A stretch of 54,492 nucleotides of DNA from an uncultured Methanoregula sp. (GTDB lineage: Archaea > Halobacteriota > Methanomicrobia > Methanomicrobiales > Methanospirillaceae), in the NCBI GenBank assembly GCA_964626125.1, contig CAZVFG010000001.1:1-54492 (forward strand), given 5' to 3'. Positions 45,631 to 54,108 of this stretch are shown piece by piece. Position 1 is the first letter of the stretch, and every line of letters starts with the position of its first letter. The translations under genes and the position numbers were made by a program. The notes beneath the pieces were generated by a model. The model was given only the letters and a program-made list of their open reading frames with translations. It ran no database searches and was not told the origin of the DNA.

Positions 45631-46348
45631 GCCAAACGACCGGGTCCTCCTCGTGGGTGAAGGGAGGGAGTACTATGTGCGTGCAGGGGCTGGAACGCTC
45701 TCCACTGATAAGGGGCAGGTCGATCTTTCCCTTCTTGTAGGCGCATCGGCAGGTGACTTCATAACAAGCCATACCGGTGCACGGTTTACTGTTCGCATCC
45801 CCCGCCCGACCGACTTTTTTACGCACGCAAAGCGCTCCGGCGCTCCCATGCTCCCCAAGGACATCGGGCTGGTAATCGCGGGTACCGGCATGAACCGGAA
45901 CGATACCGTGCTTGACGCAGGGACGGGGAGCGGCATCGCTGCGATTTACTTCGGCGGGATCGCACAGCGGGTCACCAGTTACGAAATCCGGGAGGAATTT
46001 GCCACGCTTGCGAGAAAGAACCTCATTGACGCACGGCTTGACAATGTCGAGGTTGTCAGCAGTGACGTGCTTCTGGCTGACGGCAGATATGATGTCGTGC
46101 ACCTTGACATGCAGATCGAACGCGCCCATATTGAGCACGCTTTCTCTCTCTTATCCAGCGGGGGATACCTTGCCTGCTATACGCCATTCCTTGAACAGAT
46201 GGGGACTGTAGTGGACTGTGCACAGGAGCGGTTCTCCGAAGTGCATACCCACGAGTTGATCGAACGCGAAATGACGCGGTCAAAGCGCGGGACGCGGCCG
46301 TCGACGTCAGTGTGTCATTCGGGGTATGTGACGATTGCGAGGAGATAG
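45623..46348 (+). CDS. trmI: tRNA (adenine-N1)-methyltransferase TrmI (Gcd14 family)
   Basis: VLDAGTGSGIAA SAM motif and the N-terminal beta domain. 8-nt overlap with nac. Confidence 0.85.
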   Translation: MIEPNDRVLLVGEGREYYVRAGAGTLSTDKGQVDLSLLVGASAGDFITSHTGARFTVRIPRPTDFFTHAKRSGAPMLPKDIGLVIAGTGMNRNDTVLDAGTGSGIAAIYFGGIAQRVTSYEIREEFATLARKNLIDARLDNVEVVSSDVLLADGRYDVVHLDMQIERAHIEHAFSLLSSGGYLACYTPFLEQMGTVVDCAQERFSEVHTHELIEREMTRSKRGTRPSTSVCHSGYVTIARR

Positions 46349-46462
46349 AGATCGTGTTCAGTTATTACAAAATTAAAAGAGCCGGAAACGCGATCTCGCC
46401 ATTGGGCATGATGCTATAGAGCCGGATTTTTCAGGCTGTGCCACTCATACCAAATCATCGGG

Positions 46463-46765
46463 CAGGGGGGTCACAGGGGTCACGCAGGTATGGTTGCAAC
46501 CTCCTTTCGCGTACCTTTCCGGACGACCAGTCTTCTCATTTTTCCCAACATCACCGGCGTGGAAATGTTGCATGCCGTGATCGTGCGGATGGTTGATCTG
46601 CGGGGGTATGGGGGACCCCCCTACCCGCAAAAAGTGGTACGACCCCCTTCAACCCCACTTGTTTTCCGGCCCGGTTTTTGTATAATTTTATGACGGGAAA
46701 GTGAGTGCAGATGAGGGTGAGAGGGGGGGAGGGGGTCGGGCACATATTTTGGGTGACCCCCCCTG
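46463..46765. repeat. about 300-bp segment bounded by inverted copies of CAGGGGGG(G)TCAC, rich in G5-7/C5-7 runs
   Basis: Left arm at 46463-46474 (CAGGGGGGTCAC, followed by a tandem GGGGTCAC). Right arm at 46753-46765 (GTGACCCCCCCTG). An internal GC hairpin lies at about 46602-46627. Confidence 0.5.
46715..46740 (+). other. canonical G-quadruplex motif GGGTGAGAGGGGGGGAGGGGGTCGGG
   Basis: Four or more G3+ tracts with loops of 5 nt or less, read directly from the sequence. Confidence 0.6.
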
Positions 46766-46886
46766 AAGATTTTTCAGAAACTGCGGGTGGGATTGCCTGA
46801 ATCTTTCCGGAAATACCCGTTCTTGGTCAGGGAGATTAAAATCACGATCATCCACTACACCATGTCAGGAGGGATGAATACATTCT

Positions 46887-48320
46887 CTACTTTTCCACAA
46901 TCGCATGCCCGTTCTTGTCGCCCCGCCCGATCCCTTTGTACACAAAACCCTCCGAAATGAACGCGTCGGGGTCGATGATATTGCGCCCGTCGACAATGAC
47001 AGGGTGATCCTTTCCGGTCAGCCTCCGGATCTTCACCGGATCGAGAGCCCGGTATTGACGGTGGGCGGTGAAGAGGGCAATCGCATCAGCACCCTTAATC
47101 ACATCATCAAGGTCAGATGAGATGGAGACGCCGGAATCGCCCGGGACGTACGGGTCGTGCACCATGACCGACGCTCCCGCATTCATAAAGAGATCGCGGT
47201 ACTGTGCTGAAGGGGTGTTGCGGGTATCATCGGAATTGGCATGGAACGCCCAGCCAAGAATTGCCACGTTCGCCCCTTTGAGGGTGCGGTTCACTCGTTT
47301 CAACCCGTTCACCGTGAGATTGAACATGTGATTTGGCATGAAGTCATTAATTTTTCGTGCAACGACAAAGAGCGAGGGTTCGCCTGCCGGGTAATCGAGT
47401 GTTCCGTTACCCAGTATCTGAACTCCCCGCTCCAGATGGTAGGTGTCCTTCGTCAGGCAGTGTCCCCCGACTCCTGCACCAGGCAAGAGCAGGGCGCGGG
47501 TGATGCCCTCGCCTTTGAGGCTGTCGATGCCGGATCTCACATCATAGACATTGACACCCATCGCTTCGCAATATAACGCAAGTTCATTGATCGCGGCAAT
47601 CTGGAGATCACGCAACGTATTCTCTGCTGTCTTTGTCACTTCGGCTGCACGTGCCGTCATTGGTATGACCTTCCCGGTGGTAAGAACCGGCATATAGAGC
47701 TCCACCGCCCGCTGCGTGCTCGCATCGTCAATCCCGCCAACGATCCTGTCGTGTTCGCGGATATTTTTGATCAGCCTGCCTGGCATCACCCTCTCTGGTG
47801 CATGGGCAAGGGCAAAATCAACACCAGCTGCGAGCCCGGATTCCTGCTCGAGGATGGTGCGTACGAACCCCTCGGTTGTTCCCGGTGTAACCGTGGACTC
47901 AAGCACGATAAGCGTACCAGGTGAGATGTGCCTGCCGACTCGTGAGATCCCCTCTTTGAGCGCGGAGAAATCAGGAATCAGGTCATCCTTGTTCAAAAAT
48001 GGTGTCTGGATCGCAATTGTGACCGCATCGAGATCTTTTATCTTTGAGAAGTCCGATGTACAGGAAAATTTTTTTAACAAGACGACCTGTTTAAGAAGAC
48101 CGGAAAGGCCGGGCTCTTCACCTTTCATCGGGGACTCGCCACGGTTCAGCGCATTAATCTTGTATCCCGACAAAGGGGAATCTCGCTGGAACCCATAGAC
48201 AAAGTCAAACTGTGGCGATGCCGCAAAGAGGGCTGCGGCGGGAATGCCAACATATCCCATCCCGACAACCCCGATCCTTTTCATCGGGCCCCGTTTATCG
48301 AAGAGAGATTCCAGTGTCAC
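46887..48320 (-). CDS. UDP-N-acetyl-D-mannosamine/glucosamine 6-dehydrogenase family (WecC/WbpA-like nucleotide-sugar dehydrogenase)
   Basis: IGVVGMGYVGIP Rossmann motif and a catalytic Cys region (GVGGHCLTKD). GTG 48320 has GGAG upstream; an alternative ATG lies at 48284. Confidence 0.85.
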   Translation of the reverse strand: MTLESLFDKRGPMKRIGVVGMGYVGIPAAALFAASPQFDFVYGFQRDSPLSGYKINALNRGESPMKGEEPGLSGLLKQVVLLKKFSCTSDFSKIKDLDAVTIAIQTPFLNKDDLIPDFSALKEGISRVGRHISPGTLIVLESTVTPGTTEGFVRTILEQESGLAAGVDFALAHAPERVMPGRLIKNIREHDRIVGGIDDASTQRAVELYMPVLTTGKVIPMTARAAEVTKTAENTLRDLQIAAINELALYCEAMGVNVYDVRSGIDSLKGEGITRALLLPGAGVGGHCLTKDTYHLERGVQILGNGTLDYPAGEPSLFVVARKINDFMPNHMFNLTVNGLKRVNRTLKGANVAILGWAFHANSDDTRNTPSAQYRDLFMNAGASVMVHDPYVPGDSGVSISSDLDDVIKGADAIALFTAHRQYRALDPVKIRRLTGKDHPVIVDGRNIIDPDAFISEGFVYKGIGRGDKNGHAIVEK

Positions 48321-48337
48321 ATGACGCTCCTTTCGTA

Positions 48338-49249
48338 CTAGCAGAAGCCACTGCGGATCGATTCGCAGACTTCAAGGTTGCGGATCGCCTGGTCAGGTGT
48401 AACAGGGAATGGGTGTCCCGATCTCGCACAATCGACAAATGTTGCGAGTTCGAGTTTTAAGGGCTCGAGCTTGTTCACCATCACCTTCTCGATGATATTT
48501 TCCTGAACGTAGCGTTCAGCTTCCAGGCGGTACTGTCCGGGTTTGCGGTAGATAGTGATCTCCTGGGTCATGAAATCTCCCTCGATCGTGAACTCCTCCT
48601 GTTCGATATAGATCAGCCGTATCTTCTTTGAGGATTTCCTGCTTGCGGACAGTGAGACCGGGATATTTCCGCACTTCAACAGCACACTGCAGACATCTTC
48701 ATTGCCAACGGTGTGGAGATCGCAGGGAACATTTTCAAAAAGGATGTGCTGGAGGATGTCAATATCATGGATCATCAGGTCCTCAACTACCGTGCCCACT
48801 TTCATCCGTGCCGAGGCAGGGTTGTGCCGTTTCATCTCAATATAAAAAGGTTCATTGACGATCTTGCGGATTTCACCAACAATGGGGTTGAACCGCTCAA
48901 TATGACCGATACCAATTGTAATACCATCCGGCGCTGATTTCATCAGTTCTTTTGCTTCAACGGACGTGGAACAGATCGGTTTTTCAATCAGAACTGCGCA
49001 TTGCGCTGCAAAAACCTTCTGCGCAATCCTGGCATGGAATTGTGTCGGCACGCAGATACTCACCGCATCCGAATGCTTAAGCAATTCTTCAACTGAACCA
49101 TAGACCTGGGCACCGTGCTGTGTACCAATTTCTGCAGCGGCTTTCTGGCTGATATCATATACACCAACAGCCCCGATATTCCTCAATTCCGAATAAACCC
49201 GGACATGGTTTTTCCCCATCGTCCCGACACCGATCACACCGACGTCCAT
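48338..49249 (-). CDS. Gfo/Idh/MocA-family oxidoreductase (WbpB-like UDP-sugar 3-dehydrogenase candidate)
   Basis: VGVIGVGTMGKNH and VLIEKP. Sandwiched between the sugar dehydrogenase and the aminotransferase. Confidence 0.75.
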   Translation of the reverse strand: MDVGVIGVGTMGKNHVRVYSELRNIGAVGVYDISQKAAAEIGTQHGAQVYGSVEELLKHSDAVSICVPTQFHARIAQKVFAAQCAVLIEKPICSTSVEAKELMKSAPDGITIGIGHIERFNPIVGEIRKIVNEPFYIEMKRHNPASARMKVGTVVEDLMIHDIDILQHILFENVPCDLHTVGNEDVCSVLLKCGNIPVSLSASRKSSKKIRLIYIEQEEFTIEGDFMTQEITIYRKPGQYRLEAERYVQENIIEKVMVNKLEPLKLELATFVDCARSGHPFPVTPDQAIRNLEVCESIRSGFC

Positions 49250-50341
49250 TTATCCCACCCTGTTGATGGCATCACAGATATAGGAGAGTTCCTTACCGTC
49301 AAGCATTGGATGAACCGGAAGGGAAAGGACGCAGGAGCTGAGTTTTGTGGAGACGGGACAGGGATCAGGGTCGTTCTGCATCGCATACATCGGCTGGCGG
49401 TGAATTGGGAGAGGATAGTGCACCGCTGTCCCGATACCCTTGGTCTTGAGGTAATCCACAAACTCAGACCGTTTCATGGGGAACTCTTCTGAAAGCCGGA
49501 TCACATACTGGTGATACACGTGGTGAGCCCCGTTTATTACGGTTGGGGTGATCACACCCTTGCACCGGATGTTTGCCGTCAGATATCCGGCATTCCTGCG
49601 CCTTCGTGCGTTAAACTTTTCCAGCTTTTTCAGCTGAACCAGCCCGATCGCTGCTGCCATGTCGGTCATCCGGTAGTTGTACCCGAGCCGGGTATGGAGA
49701 TACTTTTCTGTCTGTCCGTGATTAATGATCTGCCGGAGCCGTTCTGCCATTGCCTTTTCACTCGTGGTCACCATACCACCCTCACCCGTTGTCATGTTCT
49801 TGGTTGCATAGAATGAAAAGCATCCTAAGTGCCCGAAACCTCCGACCCTTTCTCCATTGACACTCGCGCCGTGTGCCTGTGCTGCATCCTCAATGAGGGT
49901 CAGGTTGTGTTTTTCGCAGACCTGCTGAATTCCCATGACATCAAAGGGTTGACCGAACAGATGAACACCGATGACCGCTTTTGTCCTGGGAGTTATCCGC
50001 TCTTCAATCTGTGTCGTGTTGATCGTGAAAGTCACTTCGTCCACGTCGCAAAAAATCGGCGTCGCGCCGCACATGGATACGCTGCTTGCCGTAGCCACGA
50101 ATGAGAACGAAGGCACGATCACTTCATCGCCATGCCCAATCCCTGCAGCGAGCAGTGCCGCATGAAGCGCGGTCGTCCCGTTGCTGGTTGCCACCGCATG
50201 GGTGGTGCCACAGAGATCGGAAAACTTCTGCTCGAACTCGGCAACCCTTTCCCCTTGGGCAATCATGCCGGAGGTAAGAACCTGGCTCACTGCGGCAATC
50301 TCATCCTGACCGATGACCGGTCGCGCTATGGGAATATGCAC
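49250..50341 (-). CDS. DegT/DnrJ/EryC1/StrS-family PLP aminotransferase (WbpE-like), GTG start
   Basis: SNGTTALHAALLA, and FSFYATKNMTTGEGG (the PLP lysine region). GAGGGAG Shine-Dalgarno sequence upstream. Confidence 0.85.
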   Translation of the reverse strand: MHIPIARPVIGQDEIAAVSQVLTSGMIAQGERVAEFEQKFSDLCGTTHAVATSNGTTALHAALLAAGIGHGDEVIVPSFSFVATASSVSMCGATPIFCDVDEVTFTINTTQIEERITPRTKAVIGVHLFGQPFDVMGIQQVCEKHNLTLIEDAAQAHGASVNGERVGGFGHLGCFSFYATKNMTTGEGGMVTTSEKAMAERLRQIINHGQTEKYLHTRLGYNYRMTDMAAAIGLVQLKKLEKFNARRRRNAGYLTANIRCKGVITPTVINGAHHVYHQYVIRLSEEFPMKRSEFVDYLKTKGIGTAVHYPLPIHRQPMYAMQNDPDPCPVSTKLSSCVLSLPVHPMLDGKELSYICDAINRVG

Positions 50342-50495
50342 GGGTTTCTCCCTCTTTTTTAAGGATAGTATATATAAAAGTGTTCACGGATGGGATAATA
50401 TCATTCCTGTCAGCAGGGGTCATGGCGGACAGGTGCCGAAAGTTACGTAATATCGCACGCGCAAAACTATGTAAAAGGAAGGGATTCGTGGAGGA

Positions 50496-51398
50496 GTGGT
50501 GACGCGGCATATAATATCGATCGGGGATTTTGACCGGCGGCAGATCGACCGGCTGCTTGACAATGCAAAGCGAATCGACGCCCAGAAATATGATAATGAA
50601 GCACTGTATGGAAAGATCCTTGCGACGCTCTTCTTTGAGCCCAGCACAAGGACCCGCATGAGCTTTGAGGCAGCGATTGCTCGTCTCGGGGGCACTTCCA
50701 TCTCAGTGGGCAGTGTGGAGGCTTGTTCCATCGCAAAGGGTGAGACGCTCGCAGACACCATCCGGGTGGTGAGCGGGTATGCTGACGCAATCGTGATCCG
50801 GCACCCAAAAGAGGGGGCTGCCCGGCTTGCTGCACAGTTCGCCAGCGTACCGGTGATCAATGCAGGTGACGGTGCGGGGCAACACCCCTCCCAGACACTG
50901 CTTGATCTCTACACCATCCGCCAGTCGATGAAACTCGATGGGATCAACATCGCCCTCATCGGGGACCTCCGGTATGGCAGGACCGCACACTCCCTCGCCT
51001 CGGCGCTCTCGCTCTACCATGCACGGCTTCATACCATCTCTCCCAAGGGACTGGAGCTCCCCACATCCCTGCACACGGACCTTTCTGAAAAGGGGATGGA
51101 GATCACGGAACATGACAAAATCAGTGACGTGATCAAAGAGGTCGATGTCATCTACGTAACAAGGATCCAGCGGGAACGGTTCCCTGACTCTGCGTCATAC
51201 TTCAACGTTACCTCCAGTTACCGGATCACACCCGAACTGCTAACCGGAGCAAAAAAACACGCGATCGTCCTGCACCCGCTCCCCCGTGTTGATGAGATCG
51301 ATCCGCGTGTTGACCTGCTTCCCCATGCAAAATACTTTGAACAGTCGAGGAACGGCGTCCCGGTGAGGATGGCAATGCTCCTGCAGGTGATGCAATGA
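50496..51398 (+). CDS. pyrB: aspartate carbamoyltransferase catalytic subunit (GTG start)
   Basis: FFEPSTRTR, HPSQ, HPLPR. Confidence 0.95.
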   Translation: MVTRHIISIGDFDRRQIDRLLDNAKRIDAQKYDNEALYGKILATLFFEPSTRTRMSFEAAIARLGGTSISVGSVEACSIAKGETLADTIRVVSGYADAIVIRHPKEGAARLAAQFASVPVINAGDGAGQHPSQTLLDLYTIRQSMKLDGINIALIGDLRYGRTAHSLASALSLYHARLHTISPKGLELPTSLHTDLSEKGMEITEHDKISDVIKEVDVIYVTRIQRERFPDSASYFNVTSSYRITPELLTGAKKHAIVLHPLPRVDEIDPRVDLLPHAKYFEQSRNGVPVRMAMLLQVMQ

Positions 51399-51868
51399 AA
51401 AAGCAGGAGAACCCTGAAAACGAGGGGTTGCTGGTCCGCCGCATTCAAGACGGCACCGTGATCGATCATATCGCCGCCGGTGAAGCGCTCAACGTGGTCA
51501 AAATCCTTGGTATTACCGGAACAACCACCGAATCACTCTCCATTGCAACAAACGTCCCGAGCGGGCAGATGGGAAAAAAGGATATCGTCAAGCTCAGCAA
51601 CCGCGAGCTCTCAAAAGAGGAGGTGGACCGGATTGCGCTCATCTCTCCGCGGGCGACGATCAACATCATCAGGAACTACAAGGTCTGCGAAAAGAAAGGT
51701 GTTGAAATCCCCGATATGATCGAGGGGCTTGTCCGCTGCCCAAACCCCGGCTGCATCTCCAACACCAACGAGCCGATCCGGAGCAGATTCGTCGTGACAC
51801 CCAAAGGGCTTCACTGCACATACTGTGAATGGGTGATAACAAAAGACTTAACCAGCCATATCATGTAA
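51395..51868 (+). CDS. pyrI: aspartate carbamoyltransferase regulatory subunit
   Basis: GTVIDHI, a C-terminal Zn domain (CPNPGC...CTYC), and an ATGA overlap with pyrB. Confidence 0.95.
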   Translation: MKKQENPENEGLLVRRIQDGTVIDHIAAGEALNVVKILGITGTTTESLSIATNVPSGQMGKKDIVKLSNRELSKEEVDRIALISPRATINIIRNYKVCEKKGVEIPDMIEGLVRCPNPGCISNTNEPIRSRFVVTPKGLHCTYCEWVITKDLTSHIM

Positions 51869-52319
51869 TCAACCGGCCGTGCACATCGATCTCACCCCGC
51901 CAGATGCGGGTGGACGAGATCCAGCGCCCGTCTTCGGCAAGCACACAGGTAATCTGGTGGATATCCACCTTCTTTTTTCCCCGCTCACGCCGCAGTTTGT
52001 TGATCTCCATGGCAACTGGCAGGGTCTCCTCTGACACAACGATCGCGTCAAAATCCGCGTCCAGTGCAGAACCGTACTGGTCATTGAGCGGTTCGATGAT
52101 CCAGTCAGCATTGAAGTTCTGGTCTGATATAAAATCAATTAACTCTTTTTTGCGGGTGTCAAACGTGCGGGTGGGGTGTACTTTACGACTGGCAAAGGAA
52201 TCCGTGGTGAGCCCGATGACGACCTGCCCTTCCCTCCCGGCAAGCTCGAATGATCGCCCCAGCAGACTCCTGTGACCGTCGTGGAGGGGATCGAACGTGC
52301 CCCCTACCATAACCTTCAT
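51861..52319 (-). CDS. coaD: archaeal phosphopantetheine adenylyltransferase (cytidylyltransferase fold)
   Basis: VMVGGTFDPLHDGHRSLL (the HxGH motif) and ISSTRIWRGEID. Confidence 0.8.
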   Translation of the reverse strand: MKVMVGGTFDPLHDGHRSLLGRSFELAGREGQVVIGLTTDSFASRKVHPTRTFDTRKKELIDFISDQNFNADWIIEPLNDQYGSALDADFDAIVVSEETLPVAMEINKLRRERGKKKVDIHQITCVLAEDGRWISSTRIWRGEIDVHGRLIT

Positions 52320-52349
52320 GCTGTCTGTACGTTAATTTCCTATAGTATT

Positions 52350-52844
52350 ATGGGTATGGATGGAAAGGTCGTCGGCAGCCCGCTTTTTGTTGCCCCCAAC
52401 GCAACGGTCATCGGGGATATCACGCTCACGGCAAATGTGAGCATCTGGTTTTCAGCCGTCGTGCGGGCTGACAAGGACCGGGTCATTATCGGCGAGGGAT
52501 CAAACATCCAGGACAACTGCGTCGTGCACACGAGCAGGGGGTACCCGGTGATCATCGGCAGCAATGTGTCCGTAGGTCACGGGGCGATCCTGCACGGGTG
52601 CACGCTTGGTGATCAGGTGCTGGTCGGCATGGGCGCGATTGTCCTCAACGGTGCAAAAGTCGGTTCCGGTTCGCTCATCGGTGCCGGCGCCGTCGTCACC
52701 GAAGGAACGGAAGTCCCTCCGGGTTCTGTTGTCGTTGGTATCCCCGGTAAAGTACTCAAACAGACGACCGACACCCAGAAAGAGTACATCCTTTCCAATG
52801 CACGGTCGTATGTGCAGCTGGCAATGGAGTATGCCCATGGGTGA
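52350..52844 (+). CDS. gamma-class carbonic anhydrase family protein (left-handed beta-helix)
   Basis: Hexapeptide repeats: VIGDITL, SIWFSAVVRAD, NIQDNCVVH, and VGHGAILHGC (the His triad pattern). Confidence 0.85.
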   Translation: MGMDGKVVGSPLFVAPNATVIGDITLTANVSIWFSAVVRADKDRVIIGEGSNIQDNCVVHTSRGYPVIIGSNVSVGHGAILHGCTLGDQVLVGMGAIVLNGAKVGSGSLIGAGAVVTEGTEVPPGSVVVGIPGKVLKQTTDTQKEYILSNARSYVQLAMEYAHG

Positions 52845-54108
52845 CGTGGTTGTTATCGGTGCAGGTATTGCCGGCATCCAGGCAGCGCTCGATCTTGCAA
52901 ACCACGGGATTTTTGTCCACTTAATTGAGCGTGAACCGTCCATAGGAGGTCATATGGCCCAACTGGACAAGACCTTTCCCACCAATGACTGCTCCATGTG
53001 CATCCTGTCACCCAAAATGGCGGAGGTCGCCCGTCACAAAAATATCAGAATTTATACGTGCGCTGAGGTAGAGGCAATTGAGGGGGCAGTGGGTAACTTC
53101 ACGGTAACAATCAAAAAACACCCGCGATATGTTGACGAGTCCCTCTGCAACGGGTGCGGGGACTGCATCCAGGTCTGTCCCGTGGAAGTATATAACAGGT
53201 TCGACGCAGGTATCGGCGTGCGCAAGGCGATCTATAAACCGCAGCCGCAGTCTGTGCCAGATATTGTCATCAAGGATGCCAATCATTGTATCGAGTGCGG
53301 GTTGTGCTATGATATCTGCGGGCTTGACGCAATCAAAGAAAAAGAGGATGACACAACGATCAGAATCCCTGCGGCAAGCATTATTGTCACAACCGGGTAT
53401 ACGGTCTTTGATGCGTGCAAAAAAGCACAATTCGGTCACCTCGCGCTCCCTGATGTGATCACGAGCATCGAGCTCGAGCGGTTGATCAATACCAGCGGCC
53501 CCACTGGAGGGAGAGTCATGCGACTGAGCAATGGGGCGATTCCCCGAAGTGTTCTCTTTATCCAGTGTGTCGGCTCCCGTGATATGACCATCGACCGCCC
53601 GTACTGCTCCTGTGTCTGCTGCATGCAAGCGATCAAGAACGCAATGCTGATCAAGGAGAAACAGCCCGAAACCGAGGTATCGATCTGCTATATCGACATC
53701 CGTGCCTACGGTAAGGGATACGAGGAATATTTTGAACGGGCGAAGTCGATGGGAATCAGGTTCCTGCATGGAATGCCATCTGACGTATTGATTGACAGGG
53801 AGGGGATGATCGTTCAGGTAGAGGATACCGAGAACGGCGAGCTCGTCGTACTGCACCCCGACCTTGTCGTATTATCGGTGGGCATCGGCCCCGCTGATGA
53901 TACGGTAAAAATCGCAGAACGGCTCGGGATCCCCGTCGAGGAGACCGGCTTTATCAAGCCAGTGCACGATGCTGTAGAAACCGTCGCAACGATCAGGCCG
54001 GGCATCTATGTTGCCGGCACGACCACGGCGCCCAAAGATATCCCGGATACGGTAGCGCAGGCAGGCTCTGCAGCGATGCTGGCGTTCATTGACGCGATCA
54101 GGACATGA
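52831..54108 (+). CDS. short HdrA-like FAD/Fe-S flavoprotein (heterodisulfide reductase subunit A family, about 425 aa)
   Basis: VVVIGAGIAGIQAALDLA, LDKTFPTNDCSMCI, 2x ferredoxin motifs (CNGCGDCIQVCP, CIECGLCYDICG), and the HdrA-type cluster motif VGSRD...YCSCVCC. The ATG overlaps the gamma-CA gene by 14 nt. Confidence 0.85.
   Translation: MPMGDVVVIGAGIAGIQAALDLANHGIFVHLIEREPSIGGHMAQLDKTFPTNDCSMCILSPKMAEVARHKNIRIYTCAEVEAIEGAVGNFTVTIKKHPRYVDESLCNGCGDCIQVCPVEVYNRFDAGIGVRKAIYKPQPQSVPDIVIKDANHCIECGLCYDICGLDAIKEKEDDTTIRIPAASIIVTTGYTVFDACKKAQFGHLALPDVITSIELERLINTSGPTGGRVMRLSNGAIPRSVLFIQCVGSRDMTIDRPYCSCVCCMQAIKNAMLIKEKQPETEVSICYIDIRAYGKGYEEYFERAKSMGIRFLHGMPSDVLIDREGMIVQVEDTENGELVVLHPDLVVLSVGIGPADDTVKIAERLGIPVEETGFIKPVHDAVETVATIRPGIYVAGTTTAPKDIPDTVAQAGSAAMLAFIDAIRT

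Noticed and set aside
46445-46630. His-rich 61-aa minus-strand ORF (..INHPHDHGMQHFHAGD..) in the G/C-run spacer
   Set aside because: It starts with a non-ATG codon, has no ribosome-binding site, and its sequence is dictated by the G/C runs and the hairpin. It could be a decayed gene fragment, but I recognise no family.
50361-50380. TATATATAAAAG as the promoter for the sugar operon or pyrB
   Set aside because: On the minus strand it lies so close to the GTG (50341) that the implied transcription start would fall downstream of the strong GAGGGAG Shine-Dalgarno sequence. For pyrB it is about 120 nt upstream. The assignment is ambiguous, so it is not listed as a feature.
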